Shown here piece after piece: positions 1 to 9,132 of a DNA stretch of 64,000 nucleotides. A model generated the notes under the pieces. That model did no database searches. It was not told where the DNA came from and was given only the letters and a program-made list of their open reading frames with translations. Position 1 is the stretch's first letter; each line of letters starts with the position of its first letter. Location of the stretch: the NCBI GenBank assembly GCA_964448955.1, contig CAYUXT010000004.1, positions 36,346 to 100,345 of the forward strand, read 5' to 3'. A program made the position numbers and the translations under genes. This DNA comes from an uncultured Taibaiella sp. GTDB lineage: Bacteria; Bacteroidota; Bacteroidia; Chitinophagales; Chitinophagaceae.

Positions 1-813
1 ATTCCACGAGGTATCGGCAGTTAGCTTATTACCTCTGCCGCTTTTTACATCATTAATAAATACATCTACAAAAGTTGCTAAGTGGCTTTCTATTAGCGAC
101 ACATCGGGGTTTTCTGCATCAAATACATTGCGGTATTCGATATTTTTATTAGTAGATTGTGGAGCGTAGATTTGCCTTACATCTATCCCCTCTTTTTCAT
201 AGTATTTCTCAAAGCTTGCTAACGTAATAAATCCACCAATGCTACCTATGCCGTCGTGTTCCGTGCGTGTATATATAGCATTAGCTTGGCTCGCTATCCA
301 ATAAGCAGCCGAATACGCTCCTCCATCGGCTATATAAGCCATTACCGGTTTAGATTGCTTAGCTACCCTTACGGCATTAGCGAGTGCCGTAGCACCGGTA
401 CCCTCGCCGCCCGGACTGTCTATATCTAATAGTATAGCAGAAATATTAGCATTATCTACTGCCATAGATATAAACGATGATAACTGCATCGCTCCAAAGG
501 CACCACAATCGCCATTGTATTTAGTAATAGGTCCCGAAATAGGAATAACAGCAACGCTATTAGGGGTAATTTCTGAAGATGTAATAGTTCTATTAGCCCC
601 ACCCCAAGTACTATAATGGAAAAAATGACCTTTTTCGCCATTTTCGTTAATTACAAAAGGATGTTCTACACTTTCGTTACCACTTCTAAATACGCTTGCC
701 GCCTCTTTATTTCCTTTAAGCATACCAATAGCAAATGGGTAATGAGCTTTAGCCCATTCTCCTTCGAGAAACCATTGACCTTTTAGTATGCTTGAAATAA
801 GATTAAACGACAT
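1..813 (-). CDS. S49/ClpP-fold serine peptidase (phage prohead protease / SppA-like); C-terminus lies outside the window
   Basis: Not in the ORF track because it runs off the window edge. My translation from the ATG (revcomp of 811-813) reads MSFNLISSILKGQWFLEGEW...VAVIPISGPITKYNGDCG...ILLDIDSPGGEGTGATALANAV...MAYIADGGAYSAAYWIASQANAIY. The DSPGG and GGAYSAAYW contexts fit the S49 family as I remember it. Confidence 0.7.
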   Translation of the reverse strand, partial: MSFNLISSILKGQWFLEGEWAKAHYPFAIGMLKGNKEAASVFRSGNESVEHPFVINENGEKGHFFHYSTWGGANRTITSSEITPNSVAVIPISGPITKYNGDCGAFGAMQLSSFISMAVDNANISAILLDIDSPGGEGTGATALANAVRVAKQSKPVMAYIADGGAYSAAYWIASQANAIYTRTEHDGIGSIGGFITLASFEKYYEKEGIDVRQIYAPQSTNKNIEYRNVFDAENPDVSLIESHLATFVDVFINDVKSGRGNKLTADTSWN

Positions 814-878
814 TATTCGTGCTTTTTATTGCAAGTAGCAACGGAGCGTGTCGCAAAAAAAGGACGAAGTATGTGTGC

Positions 879-1388
879 CTACATAGAGAGGTTTACTATT
901 GCTGGCAATGATGCCATGGCTAAGCTGCCTGTAATCGTATATTGTGGCGGTTTAGAAGGCGTGTCTTGTCCATCTAAATTAACAGAAAAGCGCATACCCT
1001 TAGAGCTATCGCCAATTACTTTATAATCGTTGTCGGCAAAGGTGTTAGCGTGATATAAAACTATAAACTCTCTATATCTTAGAGAATTTAAAAGGCTAAT
1101 TTGTTCTGCACTAAAGTAAAGAGTGCAAGTAATATTTACATTCCAAAAAGGTTCTGATGTTTCTCTCTGTTCCTCTTCTTTATAGTGTAAGGAAAAAGGA
1201 GAAGGGTGCAGCATAATTACATTATCAAAAGCGGCATCGTAGGCTGCATTAAAGCCTATTATTTCGCCTGTAATTACATTTATATTGTAGCGCCAATCTA
1301 TTTCCTCAATCGGAATTAAACGCAAGTGATGTCCGCCCCCTGCATTAGCTTGGTTCTTGTTTATAATATTATTTAATTTGTAAATCAT
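879..1388 (-). CDS. hypothetical protein (phage-island associated)
   Basis: Track ORF 879..1406. Position 1406 is a TTG; the first ATG (MIYKLNN) is at 1388. Co-directional and closely spaced with the flanking genes. No motif recognised. Confidence 0.4.
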   Translation of the reverse strand: MIYKLNNIINKNQANAGGGHHLRLIPIEEIDWRYNINVITGEIIGFNAAYDAAFDNVIMLHPSPFSLHYKEEEQRETSEPFWNVNITCTLYFSAEQISLLNSLRYREFIVLYHANTFADNDYKVIGDSSKGMRFSVNLDGQDTPSKPPQYTITGSLAMASLPAIVNLSM

Positions 1389-1418
1389 AATTACAGAAAA
1401 GGACAATTTGCCTCTTAA

Positions 1419-1871
1419 TTATTTGTTATAGATATATATTTTACTATCGCTACGCTCTCGCCTGCGTTGAAAATCTTTAATTATAGTATCTGTAGCTAAG
1501 CAATCTTCGTTAATACCTGTTACTTGCCTGGCGTGCTCTATTGCATCTTTCAGGCTCTTATGAAACGAAAGATATGTACATATAATAAGCCAAAATTCTT
1601 TCATTATTATTTGTCGTATAAAATTATTAAGGCTCATCGTTTGCGCCTTATTAAGGCTCCCTCCCGTAGTTAATTTCTTGTGGTTGCTAATATATAGCGT
1701 TACCGTTTCTCTATAAGGTATGTCGTACATAGAGTTACGAGAGTTACCCTTGCGGGTAAGTATATTACTTATAAATATAGAAATAGGGTCGTTGCCCAAC
1801 TTACGGTCTGGCAGCTTACTCTCAATATATGTTTTTACGTGAGGATGAACCTTTACATTAACAGCAAACAT
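1419..1871 (-). CDS. hypothetical protein (phage-island associated)
   Basis: 150-aa track ORF in the same leftward gene string. No motif recognised. Confidence 0.4.
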   Translation of the reverse strand: MFAVNVKVHPHVKTYIESKLPDRKLGNDPISIFISNILTRKGNSRNSMYDIPYRETVTLYISNHKKLTTGGSLNKAQTMSLNNFIRQIIMKEFWLIICTYLSFHKSLKDAIEHARQVTGINEDCLATDTIIKDFQRRRERSDSKIYIYNK

Positions 1872-1917
1872 AATAGAAAAAATATTTTTACGGTTATATG
1901 CCGTAAAATTACGGCTT

Positions 1918-2124
1918 TTACTCGTAATATTCCGTACTATTCATATAATTTTCATCTAATTTTTGCACAGCCTTTTTGTGCAAAAACGCTCCAATAGTAC
2001 TAAAGGTTAAGAGGCAGGTGCTAAAGCCAACTACAATGCCAAATAGCAGGTTAGCCCCTACTAAATAGTAAGTAGCCATACAGATAGTACATAATAACAA
2101 TGTTCTGATTAATACTTTTTTCAT
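1918..2124 (-). CDS. small two-TM membrane protein (holin-sized)
   Basis: Track ORF 1918..2166. The internal ATG at 2124 gives MKKVLIRTLLLCTICMATYYLVGANLLFGIVVGFSTCLLTFSTIGAFL, which has two hydrophobic segments. Function is inferred only from size and topology. Confidence 0.35.
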   Translation of the reverse strand: MKKVLIRTLLLCTICMATYYLVGANLLFGIVVGFSTCLLTFSTIGAFLHKKAVQKLDENYMNSTEYYE

Positions 2125-2233
2125 TATAAATCTTTTATCAAAAGTAAGCGAACCGATTGCTTGCAAAAAGGACTACATCTCGTCCTTTTTTAGAAAGAAA
2201 AACCTACTCACATTGCAAAAAATAGCAATAATT

Positions 2234-5200
2234 ATGAGCGTACGTACAGACATTGTTAATCTGCAAGTAAACATCAATGGCGATAAATCTAAAAACGAGC
2301 TAAACCAACTCCGCAAGCGAGCAGCAGACCTAAGCTCCGAAATGAAAGGGCTTAAAAAAAATACAGACGAGTACAAGCGAAAAGCCAACGAACTCAAAGC
2401 GGTAAGGGACCGTATGGCTGAGCTGCATAAGCAAATAGGGCTTACCTCTATGTCTCAAAGAGAATTGGTAAATGAGCTAAAAAAGCTGCAAATGCAGAAA
2501 AATATGCTTACACCACAAACTAAAGAATTTAACGAACTCCAAAAAAGAATAGATGCAGTAAACAAGCGACTTAAAGAAGTGCGTACAGGTGCATTTGGCT
2601 TTAAGCAAGCAATGGCGGGCATTAAAACCGAAGTAAAGCAATTCGGTATGTTAGCCGCAGGCTATCTCGGATTCGAGTTTATTACAGGGCAGTTTCGCAA
2701 CCTTATTAATGTACAGATGAAGTACGCCGATAGCCTTGCCGACATTCGCAAAGTTACCGGAATGACAGAGCAAGAAACCAAAGCCCTTGCAGGAGCATTA
2801 AAGCAGATAGATACCCGTACCAGCAATAGCAACCTAAGAGAAATGGCAGTAGCAGCAGGTAAGCTCGGTATTGCCAAAAACGAAATACTCGGGTTTGTAG
2901 AAGCAGTAGATAAAATAAATGTAGCACTCGGCGACGACCTTACTGGTGGCACTGAGGAGATAATGAAAAAGCTGGGTAAGATAGTACAAGTATATGGAGT
3001 AGATAAGATGGAGGGGCTATCCGAAGGATTACTCAAGGTAGGTAGTGCTATTAACGAACTGTCAGCGTCGAGTTCTGCATCTGCCGATTATATGGTAGAG
3101 TTCTCTAAGCGTATGGGAGGTATATCGCCATTGGTAGGTATGAGCATACAAGAAATATTAGGGCTTGGTGCTACATTGGACCAGTTGGGGCAAACGAGCG
3201 AGGTAAGCAGCACCGCATTAAGCAAGATGTTTGTAAAGTTTGCAAAAGATGCAGATGTATATGCAAAAATGGCGGGCATTCCGGTAAAAGAATTTAGAGA
3301 AATGCTCGAAAAAGACTTTACCGGAGCATTTATTACCGTATTAGAAACGGTAGGCAAAACTTCTAATGGCATTAACCAGTTAGCTGCCACACTTGGCGAC
3401 TTGGGTATGGACGGCGGCAGAGTTATAGGTGTGCTCGGTTCGTTAGCAAATAATACAGAAATATTAATAGAGCAGATAGAGATAGCCAACGATGCTTACG
3501 AAGAAGGTACAAGCATTACCGATGAGTTTATGATAAAGAACCAAAACTTTGCTGCCGTAGTAGATAAGCTCGGCAAGGAGTTTAATAAGTTCTTTACCTC
3601 CGATACTATTAATAAAGGAGTGCGCAAATTGGTTATGCTTATGGTCGATTTCCTTAATGGACTTAAAGCTACTGCCGAATGGATAGGGAATAATAAGACG
3701 GTAATTACATTATGGAGTGCTGCCATAGTAGTACAAACAGGGGTTATAAAAAAGGCGTATTTAGCTATATTAGCTTATGCTTCTGGCATTAAAGGAGCAA
3801 CTGTAGCACAAGCACTTAATACATTAGCAAGCAAGGCAGATATAGTTGCTACAACTGCATTAGGAGTAGCTAAAGCACTATTGACTTTAAATATTACTAA
3901 ATTAAGGCAAGAATTTAGGTTGCTAACTTTAGCAATGGGCACTAACCCATTAACTGCCACCCTTGTAGTTGTGGGCGCATTAATACTTGCTTTCAAAGCA
4001 TTAAGTAAAGAAACCGACAAAATAAATATTAAACGCGCAGAAACTCTTGGCATAGAAAGAGAAGCTGCAAGGCAAATGTCCGAAATTATTAATAAGCAAA
4101 ACGTAAATATAGCTCTGCTCAAAGATGAAACAATAAGCGTTGGCTCAAAGGCTAAAGCATTAAAAGCATTAATTGACCTTGATCCGCAATACCTTTCAGG
4201 CTTAACGGAAGCTAATATTAAAACAGGGCAAGGGATAAAGCTGCTCGCTAAATATAATGAGCAGTTAAAGCTAAAGTTGCAAATAGAAGCCACAGGCAAT
4301 AGGGCAACTAAAAAAAGAGAGGAAGCATTAAATTATACAGAACTATACGAAGATTTAGAATATGCAATAACAAGTGGAGAGGGTTTTGACTATTCTCGAA
4401 TTTCTAAAGAGATATACGATAAAGCGTCTAAGAATTTAGGCATTAGCCTTGTTGGCTCTAAAGATGCTGAAAAGCACAAAAAAGAAATGGTTAAAATCAT
4501 TAAAGATTATGCAGATAAATCTATGAAAGAGTTTCAAGAAATTGGAGAGCAACAAGCCGCTAAAATAGAAGAAGAAACAAAAATGCAAATTGATAGAGTT
4601 AAAGAAAATATTGACGCATTAGAAAACCAATTAAAAGCACAAGAGGAAGGCACAAAAGAATACAGAGAAATAAAATCGAAAATAAACAAAGCAAATAAAG
4701 AATTAACAAGATTAACTACAGGAGTAATAGATGATGATAATAAAAATTACGGTGGTAGTTCCGGTGATGACGATAAAGCCAAGAAACTTAAAGAAAAACA
4801 AGATACCATAAAAGAAAAAATTGCATCGCTTTTAAGAGAAGTAGAAGCTATGGAATCCGATGCCGAGCGCAACGATGGCAGAAGAGACGAAAGAGAAATA
4901 GCTCGTGTAAAAGAAAAGTATGCTAAGCTAATACAAGAAGCCGTAAAGTACGGTATAAGCGCAGCAGAGCTCACAGATGCACAAGAGCGAGAACTCGCCA
5001 TACTCCTTGCTAAGCAATTTAAAGAGCAAGGAAATAAAGAATACAAAGAATCGCTACAAAATTTAGACGACTATCTCGCCAAAGAGAAAGATACCGTAAT
5101 GCAGCAATACGCCGACGGTATTATTAATAAGCAAGAGTTTGAAGATGCGTTAGAAACACTCGAAAGGCAAGGTATAGAAGCAAGAATAAACATTGCCAAC

Positions 5201-6484
5201 GATTATATAGATACCGCAGCACAAGCCGAAACAGACCTCCAAAAAGCTAAAACAGATGCAGTACAGAAAGGTATTGCAGATAGAGAAAAAGCCGAAGCCG
5301 AAGCACAAAAAGCAGAAGAAAGACGGCAAAAAAATAAGTTGGCAGGCTTAGAACTGAATGTATTAACAGCCAAGCCCGGTAGCAAAAACAGGTTAAATGC
5401 CGAAAAGGCTCTCCTCAAATCGCAGATGGAGCAGGAGCTTGAAAATATAGAGCTTACTGAAAACGAAAAAGAACTTATCCGCGAAAAGTACCGACAAAAG
5501 GCGGCAGAAGCAGACGACAACCACGTAAAAGCACAAGCCGAAAAGATACAGCAGGTAATGCAGGTATTGAGCAATGTAGCCAATGCCTATTCTTCTTTCG
5601 TTAATATGCAAAACACCAAAGACGAAAACGAATTAAACCAATATAAGGCACGCAACAACGAAAAAAGAGAAGCACTTCGCAAAAGATTAGACGACGGTAA
5701 GATAAGCCAACAGCAGTACGATAAAGCATTATCACAAATAGACGCCGAGGAAGATAGAAGAAATAAAGACTTTGAGGCTAAGAGACTAAAAAGAGAAAAA
5801 GCAGCCGCTACATTTAGTGCTACTATTAATACTATAGCAGGGGTAGCACGTGCATTTGCTGATTACGAGTGGCCATATTCTTTAATAGTAGGAGCAATAG
5901 TAGGAGCGGCAGGAGCTATCGAAATTGCTAATATTAATGCCAAAGAGGTACCACAAGGACGTAGGGGCTTAGTAGTTCAAGGACCATCGCACGAGCAGAA
6001 AGGTATAGATATGGTAAATAACCAAACAGGAGAGCGAATAGCCAATATAGAAGGTGGAGAGCCTGTAATGGTGCTCAGTAAAAATACATACGGCAACAAC
6101 AAAGATGTAATAGATGAGTTGCTGTACAACAGTATGCACCGCAATGGAGCGCGTATTAAAGCGGCTAATTGGTACGGCGCAGCGGTACCACATGTTAATG
6201 CCAATGCCTTAGTTCCGGTAATGCGCAATGGCGGTATGGTAACACAGCAGCATACAAATACTACTGCCACAGCAGAGCAGACAGCAAGTGCAGCGCAAGC
6301 CTACCAAAGCAACGAGCTACTTAAAGAAATGATTAATGCACAATATGCCCAGATAGACGAAATGCGCAAAAAACAAGATAAGATACAGGCTTATGTAAGT
6401 TTGCAGCACTTCTACGACCAGCAAAGCCTACTCAATAAAGGAAAAAGCCTTTCGGGTATCAACCAAAAACAAAAAAGAGCTTAG
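2234..6484 (+). CDS. phage tail tape-measure-like protein (TP901-type core region plus long Lys/Glu/Ala coiled coil)
   Basis: 1423-aa track ORF. Position 2213 is a TTG; the first ATG (MSVRTDIV) is at 2234. The N-terminal third (ADIRKVTGMTEQE...AVAAGKLGI...FVEAVDKINVALGDDL...MVEFSKRMGG) resembles the tape-measure core. Hydrophobic segments follow, then about 600 aa of coiled-coil-like sequence, and the C-terminus carries GPSHEQKGID. Confidence 0.75.
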   Translation: MSVRTDIVNLQVNINGDKSKNELNQLRKRAADLSSEMKGLKKNTDEYKRKANELKAVRDRMAELHKQIGLTSMSQRELVNELKKLQMQKNMLTPQTKEFNELQKRIDAVNKRLKEVRTGAFGFKQAMAGIKTEVKQFGMLAAGYLGFEFITGQFRNLINVQMKYADSLADIRKVTGMTEQETKALAGALKQIDTRTSNSNLREMAVAAGKLGIAKNEILGFVEAVDKINVALGDDLTGGTEEIMKKLGKIVQVYGVDKMEGLSEGLLKVGSAINELSASSSASADYMVEFSKRMGGISPLVGMSIQEILGLGATLDQLGQTSEVSSTALSKMFVKFAKDADVYAKMAGIPVKEFREMLEKDFTGAFITVLETVGKTSNGINQLAATLGDLGMDGGRVIGVLGSLANNTEILIEQIEIANDAYEEGTSITDEFMIKNQNFAAVVDKLGKEFNKFFTSDTINKGVRKLVMLMVDFLNGLKATAEWIGNNKTVITLWSAAIVVQTGVIKKAYLAILAYASGIKGATVAQALNTLASKADIVATTALGVAKALLTLNITKLRQEFRLLTLAMGTNPLTATLVVVGALILAFKALSKETDKINIKRAETLGIEREAARQMSEIINKQNVNIALLKDETISVGSKAKALKALIDLDPQYLSGLTEANIKTGQGIKLLAKYNEQLKLKLQIEATGNRATKKREEALNYTELYEDLEYAITSGEGFDYSRISKEIYDKASKNLGISLVGSKDAEKHKKEMVKIIKDYADKSMKEFQEIGEQQAAKIEEETKMQIDRVKENIDALENQLKAQEEGTKEYREIKSKINKANKELTRLTTGVIDDDNKNYGGSSGDDDKAKKLKEKQDTIKEKIASLLREVEAMESDAERNDGRRDEREIARVKEKYAKLIQEAVKYGISAAELTDAQERELAILLAKQFKEQGNKEYKESLQNLDDYLAKEKDTVMQQYADGIINKQEFEDALETLERQGIEARINIANDYIDTAAQAETDLQKAKTDAVQKGIADREKAEAEAQKAEERRQKNKLAGLELNVLTAKPGSKNRLNAEKALLKSQMEQELENIELTENEKELIREKYRQKAAEADDNHVKAQAEKIQQVMQVLSNVANAYSSFVNMQNTKDENELNQYKARNNEKREALRKRLDDGKISQQQYDKALSQIDAEEDRRNKDFEAKRLKREKAAATFSATINTIAGVARAFADYEWPYSLIVGAIVGAAGAIEIANINAKEVPQGRRGLVVQGPSHEQKGIDMVNNQTGERIANIEGGEPVMVLSKNTYGNNKDVIDELLYNSMHRNGARIKAANWYGAAVPHVNANALVPVMRNGGMVTQQHTNTTATAEQTASAAQAYQSNELLKEMINAQYAQIDEMRKKQDKIQAYVSLQHFYDQQSLLNKGKSLSGINQKQKRA

Positions 6485-6500
6485 TACTAAGCTCTTTTTT
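6471..6500. terminator. bidirectional intrinsic terminator between convergent genes
   Basis: AAAAAAGAGCTTAG-TA-CTAAGCTCTTTTTT: a perfect 14-bp stem flanked by an A-run and a T-run. It overlaps the tape-measure TAG stop. Confidence 0.6.
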
Positions 6501-6523
6501 ATGACATAACTGCTTTTAAAATA

Positions 6524-7087
6524 TTAACAGAATTGATGATGATTAGAATTATAATCGGAATTGTGATTTTTAATATGATAGAAAGACCCCTCAGCCCTTT
6601 TAAATACGATAAGTATATTACCTGCTTTTTTAATGCCAATTCTCATTAACAGATGCAATATTTTTTTACACAAAAGAAGTAAAAGTCTAAATTTACCAAA
6701 AGGAACTGCTTTAAAAGCATTAAGTAAAGTTAAATTAGTAGTTTGGTAATAATTTTTCATATTCTCTGAATGTTCCGGTTTAGATGCTTCATCTATATTA
6801 ATACTATCTATAATTTTAACTACAAAATCAAACATTCCTCGTAAAGTCATAAATTGCTTTTCTACAATAGGAGTGAAGTTGTTAATAATAGCATTAGTAT
6901 AATCAATAAAATATCTTTTATCAGCTTCATCTTCTCTATTATCGATATAGTCTAATATTGCTTTATGTCTTATTGCCCTTAATTTATATAAAGTATTAAA
7001 CGTATAGTATTGTTTTCTGTATGTATAGTTAATGTATAATACAAGAATACTTATAATTAGTGTAAATACAATTAATGCTGTCATCAT
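6524..7087 (-). CDS. hypothetical protein with N-terminal TM helix
   Basis: 187-aa track ORF. The N-terminus MMTALIVFTLIISILVLYINY is hydrophobic. No motif recognised. Confidence 0.4.
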   Translation of the reverse strand: MMTALIVFTLIISILVLYINYTYRKQYYTFNTLYKLRAIRHKAILDYIDNREDEADKRYFIDYTNAIINNFTPIVEKQFMTLRGMFDFVVKIIDSINIDEASKPEHSENMKNYYQTTNLTLLNAFKAVPFGKFRLLLLLCKKILHLLMRIGIKKAGNILIVFKRAEGSFYHIKNHNSDYNSNHHQFC

Positions 7088-7106
7088 AAGAAAATTTTTT
7101 AAAAGG

Positions 7107-7377
7107 TTATTTTTTAGAGGTCGCTTGTTTTTCTTTATAACGTAGGTTTTTATCTACATATTGCAAAAGGCGTTCTCTTAACTCTGTATTTGCATTCTCT
7201 AATCGGGCTATTTCTTTGTCTTTTGATTTAAGTAAATCTTCTTGCCCATTTATATTGAATAATGCAAATTAAAATAGTAGCAAATAATATTACTGTTAAA
7301 AATGGTCCGTACTTAGTATAAACTTCTTGCCAATCAGGTATATTATCAGTTATAGAGTTTAAAAAAAGAGGAATCAT
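7107..7377 (-). pseudogene. possible frameshifted small TM + coiled-coil gene
   Basis: My translation from the ATG (revcomp of 7375-7377) gives MIPLFLNSITDNIPDWQEVYTKYGPFLTVILFATILICIIQYKWARRFT and then a stop. A shifted frame continues NGQEDLLKSKDKEIARLENANTELRERLLQYVDKNLRYKEKQATSKK to a stop at 7107. Neither piece reaches 60 aa, so neither is in the track. Confidence 0.25.
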
Positions 7378-7506
7378 TTATAATGTATAATTGGATTACA
7401 ATAATGCAAATATTGTCATTGCTTTTGAAATATCATAATTTTTAAGTCATTTTTTTGTCATAAACTAAAAAATATCCCCAACATCAAGCCTATTTACATC
7501 GCTATC

Positions 7507-7549
7507 CCTCCCCTTTGGGGAGGTTAGGTTGGTTAACACAATACCTAAC
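7507..7549 (-). terminator. two adjacent hairpins downstream of the 7572-8643 operon
   Basis: CCTCCCC-TTT-GGGGAGG (7507-7523) followed by GTTAGGT...ACCTAAC (7523-7549). They sit 23 nt past the stop of the 182-aa ORF. There is no clear U-tract. Confidence 0.35.
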
Positions 7550-7571
7550 GTCCCCAAAAGTAAAGGTGCTG

Positions 7572-8120
7572 TTATTTAGTTTTATCTTCCGGATATGATA
7601 CTTCTGTATTAACTTTATCCTTATATTGTTCATAGAACGTTTTTACCATATTTATGTTTTGATGGTCTATTGGAGTTAAAATTTGAATGTTAAGTTTCAT
7701 TTCGCCATAAACTATATAATGAGTATCAAAGTTATCTAAATTGCTGCTTAAAAATTTACTATAAGCAGAATACCTTTTATTATCTTCTTCGTTTTTTTTA
7801 TCAATATCGTTAGACGCATGAAAAGCTAAAGCACAAATACAATTATTTTCATTTTGGTAAATTTTGTACACGTACAAACAAGCTCTGAAAATATGTAAAA
7901 CATGCTGCCCAGAATAATTATATCTTAAATTAAACTTAACTTTGTCGTTGCCACTATCTTTAGTAAAAAAAGATATATTGCATATATCGTAATCAAAAAT
8001 ATCAAGATATATAATAGTAGAAACTTTTGGTTTTACATAATCATACCTATAAATAAGCCTTGATTTAAAATACTCTTTATCCTTAGGCTTTTCCTTCATA
8101 ATGAATGTAAGTCCATCCAT
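7572..8120 (-). CDS. hypothetical 182-aa protein; candidate toxin partner of the upstream Panacea-domain protein
   Basis: Track ORF starting 4 nt downstream of the DUF4065 gene, on the same strand. Lys/Asn/Tyr-rich (MDGLTFIMKEKPKDKEYFKSRLIYRYDYVKPK...). No motif I can place. Confidence 0.5.
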   Translation of the reverse strand: MDGLTFIMKEKPKDKEYFKSRLIYRYDYVKPKVSTIIYLDIFDYDICNISFFTKDSGNDKVKFNLRYNYSGQHVLHIFRACLYVYKIYQNENNCICALAFHASNDIDKKNEEDNKRYSAYSKFLSSNLDNFDTHYIVYGEMKLNIQILTPIDHQNINMVKTFYEQYKDKVNTEVSYPEDKTK

Positions 8121-8124
8121 TTAT

Positions 8125-8643
8125 TTAATGATATGATTGATAGTGCCCAAAAGAATTAAGCGAATTTGCCCTTGGTATGGTGCCAAAATATGTGAGTTTA
8201 AAATCTGAAGTGGTATCAGAGTTTATTTCAATAACATTATCACTTGGCTCATTTGTTAAGCAACCTAATCGACTGTTAATCCAAGGTAATTCATTATGCG
8301 TTAAATCTACTAAATCTGCTCCGCTTAGATGCCCATAGGCATTCCATACTTCATTTAAATGATTTTGAACATGTGAAGGTAGATGAGCACTGTATATAGA
8401 GTTAAGAATTCTTTTCGGAATTATATCGCTACGCCGCATATATCTAAAGTAATTCCAAACATCTTTAATAACAGGTCCATAAATCCAAGCTTGGATTTCA
8501 TTGTTAAAAAGAGTATGTCTATGTTTAACAAAGTACCAAACCTGTGTATAGTAGAGTAATTTATGTAGCTGCAAAGGTGTTACTCCCTTATTAATAAAGA
8601 AGGGAGCAATACTAAGAGCGTTGTATTTATGAAAGATAGACAT
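8125..8643 (-). CDS. DUF4065 / Panacea-domain protein (SocA/GepA-like, putative PanA antitoxin)
   Basis: 172 aa. The core LQLHKLLYYTQVWYFVKHRHTLFNNEIQAWIYGPVIKDVWNYF matches the remembered DUF4065 pattern (KLQKLLYY..gw.l......lf.e.feAW..GPV....Y). Confidence 0.7.
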   Translation of the reverse strand: MSIFHKYNALSIAPFFINKGVTPLQLHKLLYYTQVWYFVKHRHTLFNNEIQAWIYGPVIKDVWNYFRYMRRSDIIPKRILNSIYSAHLPSHVQNHLNEVWNAYGHLSGADLVDLTHNELPWINSRLGCLTNEPSDNVIEINSDTTSDFKLTYFGTIPRANSLNSFGHYQSYH

Positions 8644-8798
8644 AGGTAAGCATTTTAGGCAACAACGAATAATAATGTGTATTATTGTATTATTAATGAC
8701 TAATAATTGAATTACTATTGACTAATATTTAGCGACAAAGTTAAATTATAATTCAAATTATGCAAGTTAAAGCGAAATTAATTATCTTTTTAACTAAA

Positions 8799-8829
8799 AA
8801 AATATCCCTTAAATCATAAGGGATATTTT
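8799..8829. terminator. hairpin separating the 8869-9120 gene from the Panacea cassette
   Basis: AAAATATCCCTTA-AATCA-TAAGGGATATTTT: a perfect 13-bp stem with A/T runs on both sides. A second hairpin TTGTTGGTG-TTAT-CACCAACAA lies at 8844-8865. Confidence 0.5.
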
Positions 8830-8868
8830 AATTTCAAACGCCTTTGTTGGTGTTATCACCAACAACCC

Positions 8869-9120
8869 CTATTCCGTCCTTATCATTAGCCACTCCAAAG
8901 TTAGCGGTCTTATTTCTACATAAGCATATTTTTTTTCGTGTAGATACTCTATAATATCTACTTGGTTATAATCTGCCGACGGAAACTCTAATTGTAATTT
9001 TTCGAAAAGCTCTAAAGAAGCAAACCTTACTACACCATCTCCCATAGTATATGCAGGCTTATAGTGTTTATCTAAAAATTGAAATGCCCTATTGCGCATT
9101 GTAATTGTATGTTCTGCCAT
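8869..9120 (-). CDS. hypothetical protein
   Basis: 83-aa track ORF, 12 nt downstream of the AntA-like gene. No motif recognised. Confidence 0.4.
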   Translation of the reverse strand: MAEHTITMRNRAFQFLDKHYKPAYTMGDGVVRFASLELFEKLQLEFPSADYNQVDIIEYLHEKKYAYVEIRPLTLEWLMIRTE

Positions 9121-9132
9121 AGTATCCGATTT

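Noticed and set aside
2173-6270. Many 70-175-aa minus-strand track ORFs inside or overlapping the tape-measure gene (for example 2662-3036, 3088-3489, 3775-4299, 5203-5583).
   Set aside because: They are Ser/Ala/Ile-rich low-complexity mirror images of a Lys/Glu/Ala-rich coding strand. They are fully nested in a much longer ORF that has recognisable motifs.
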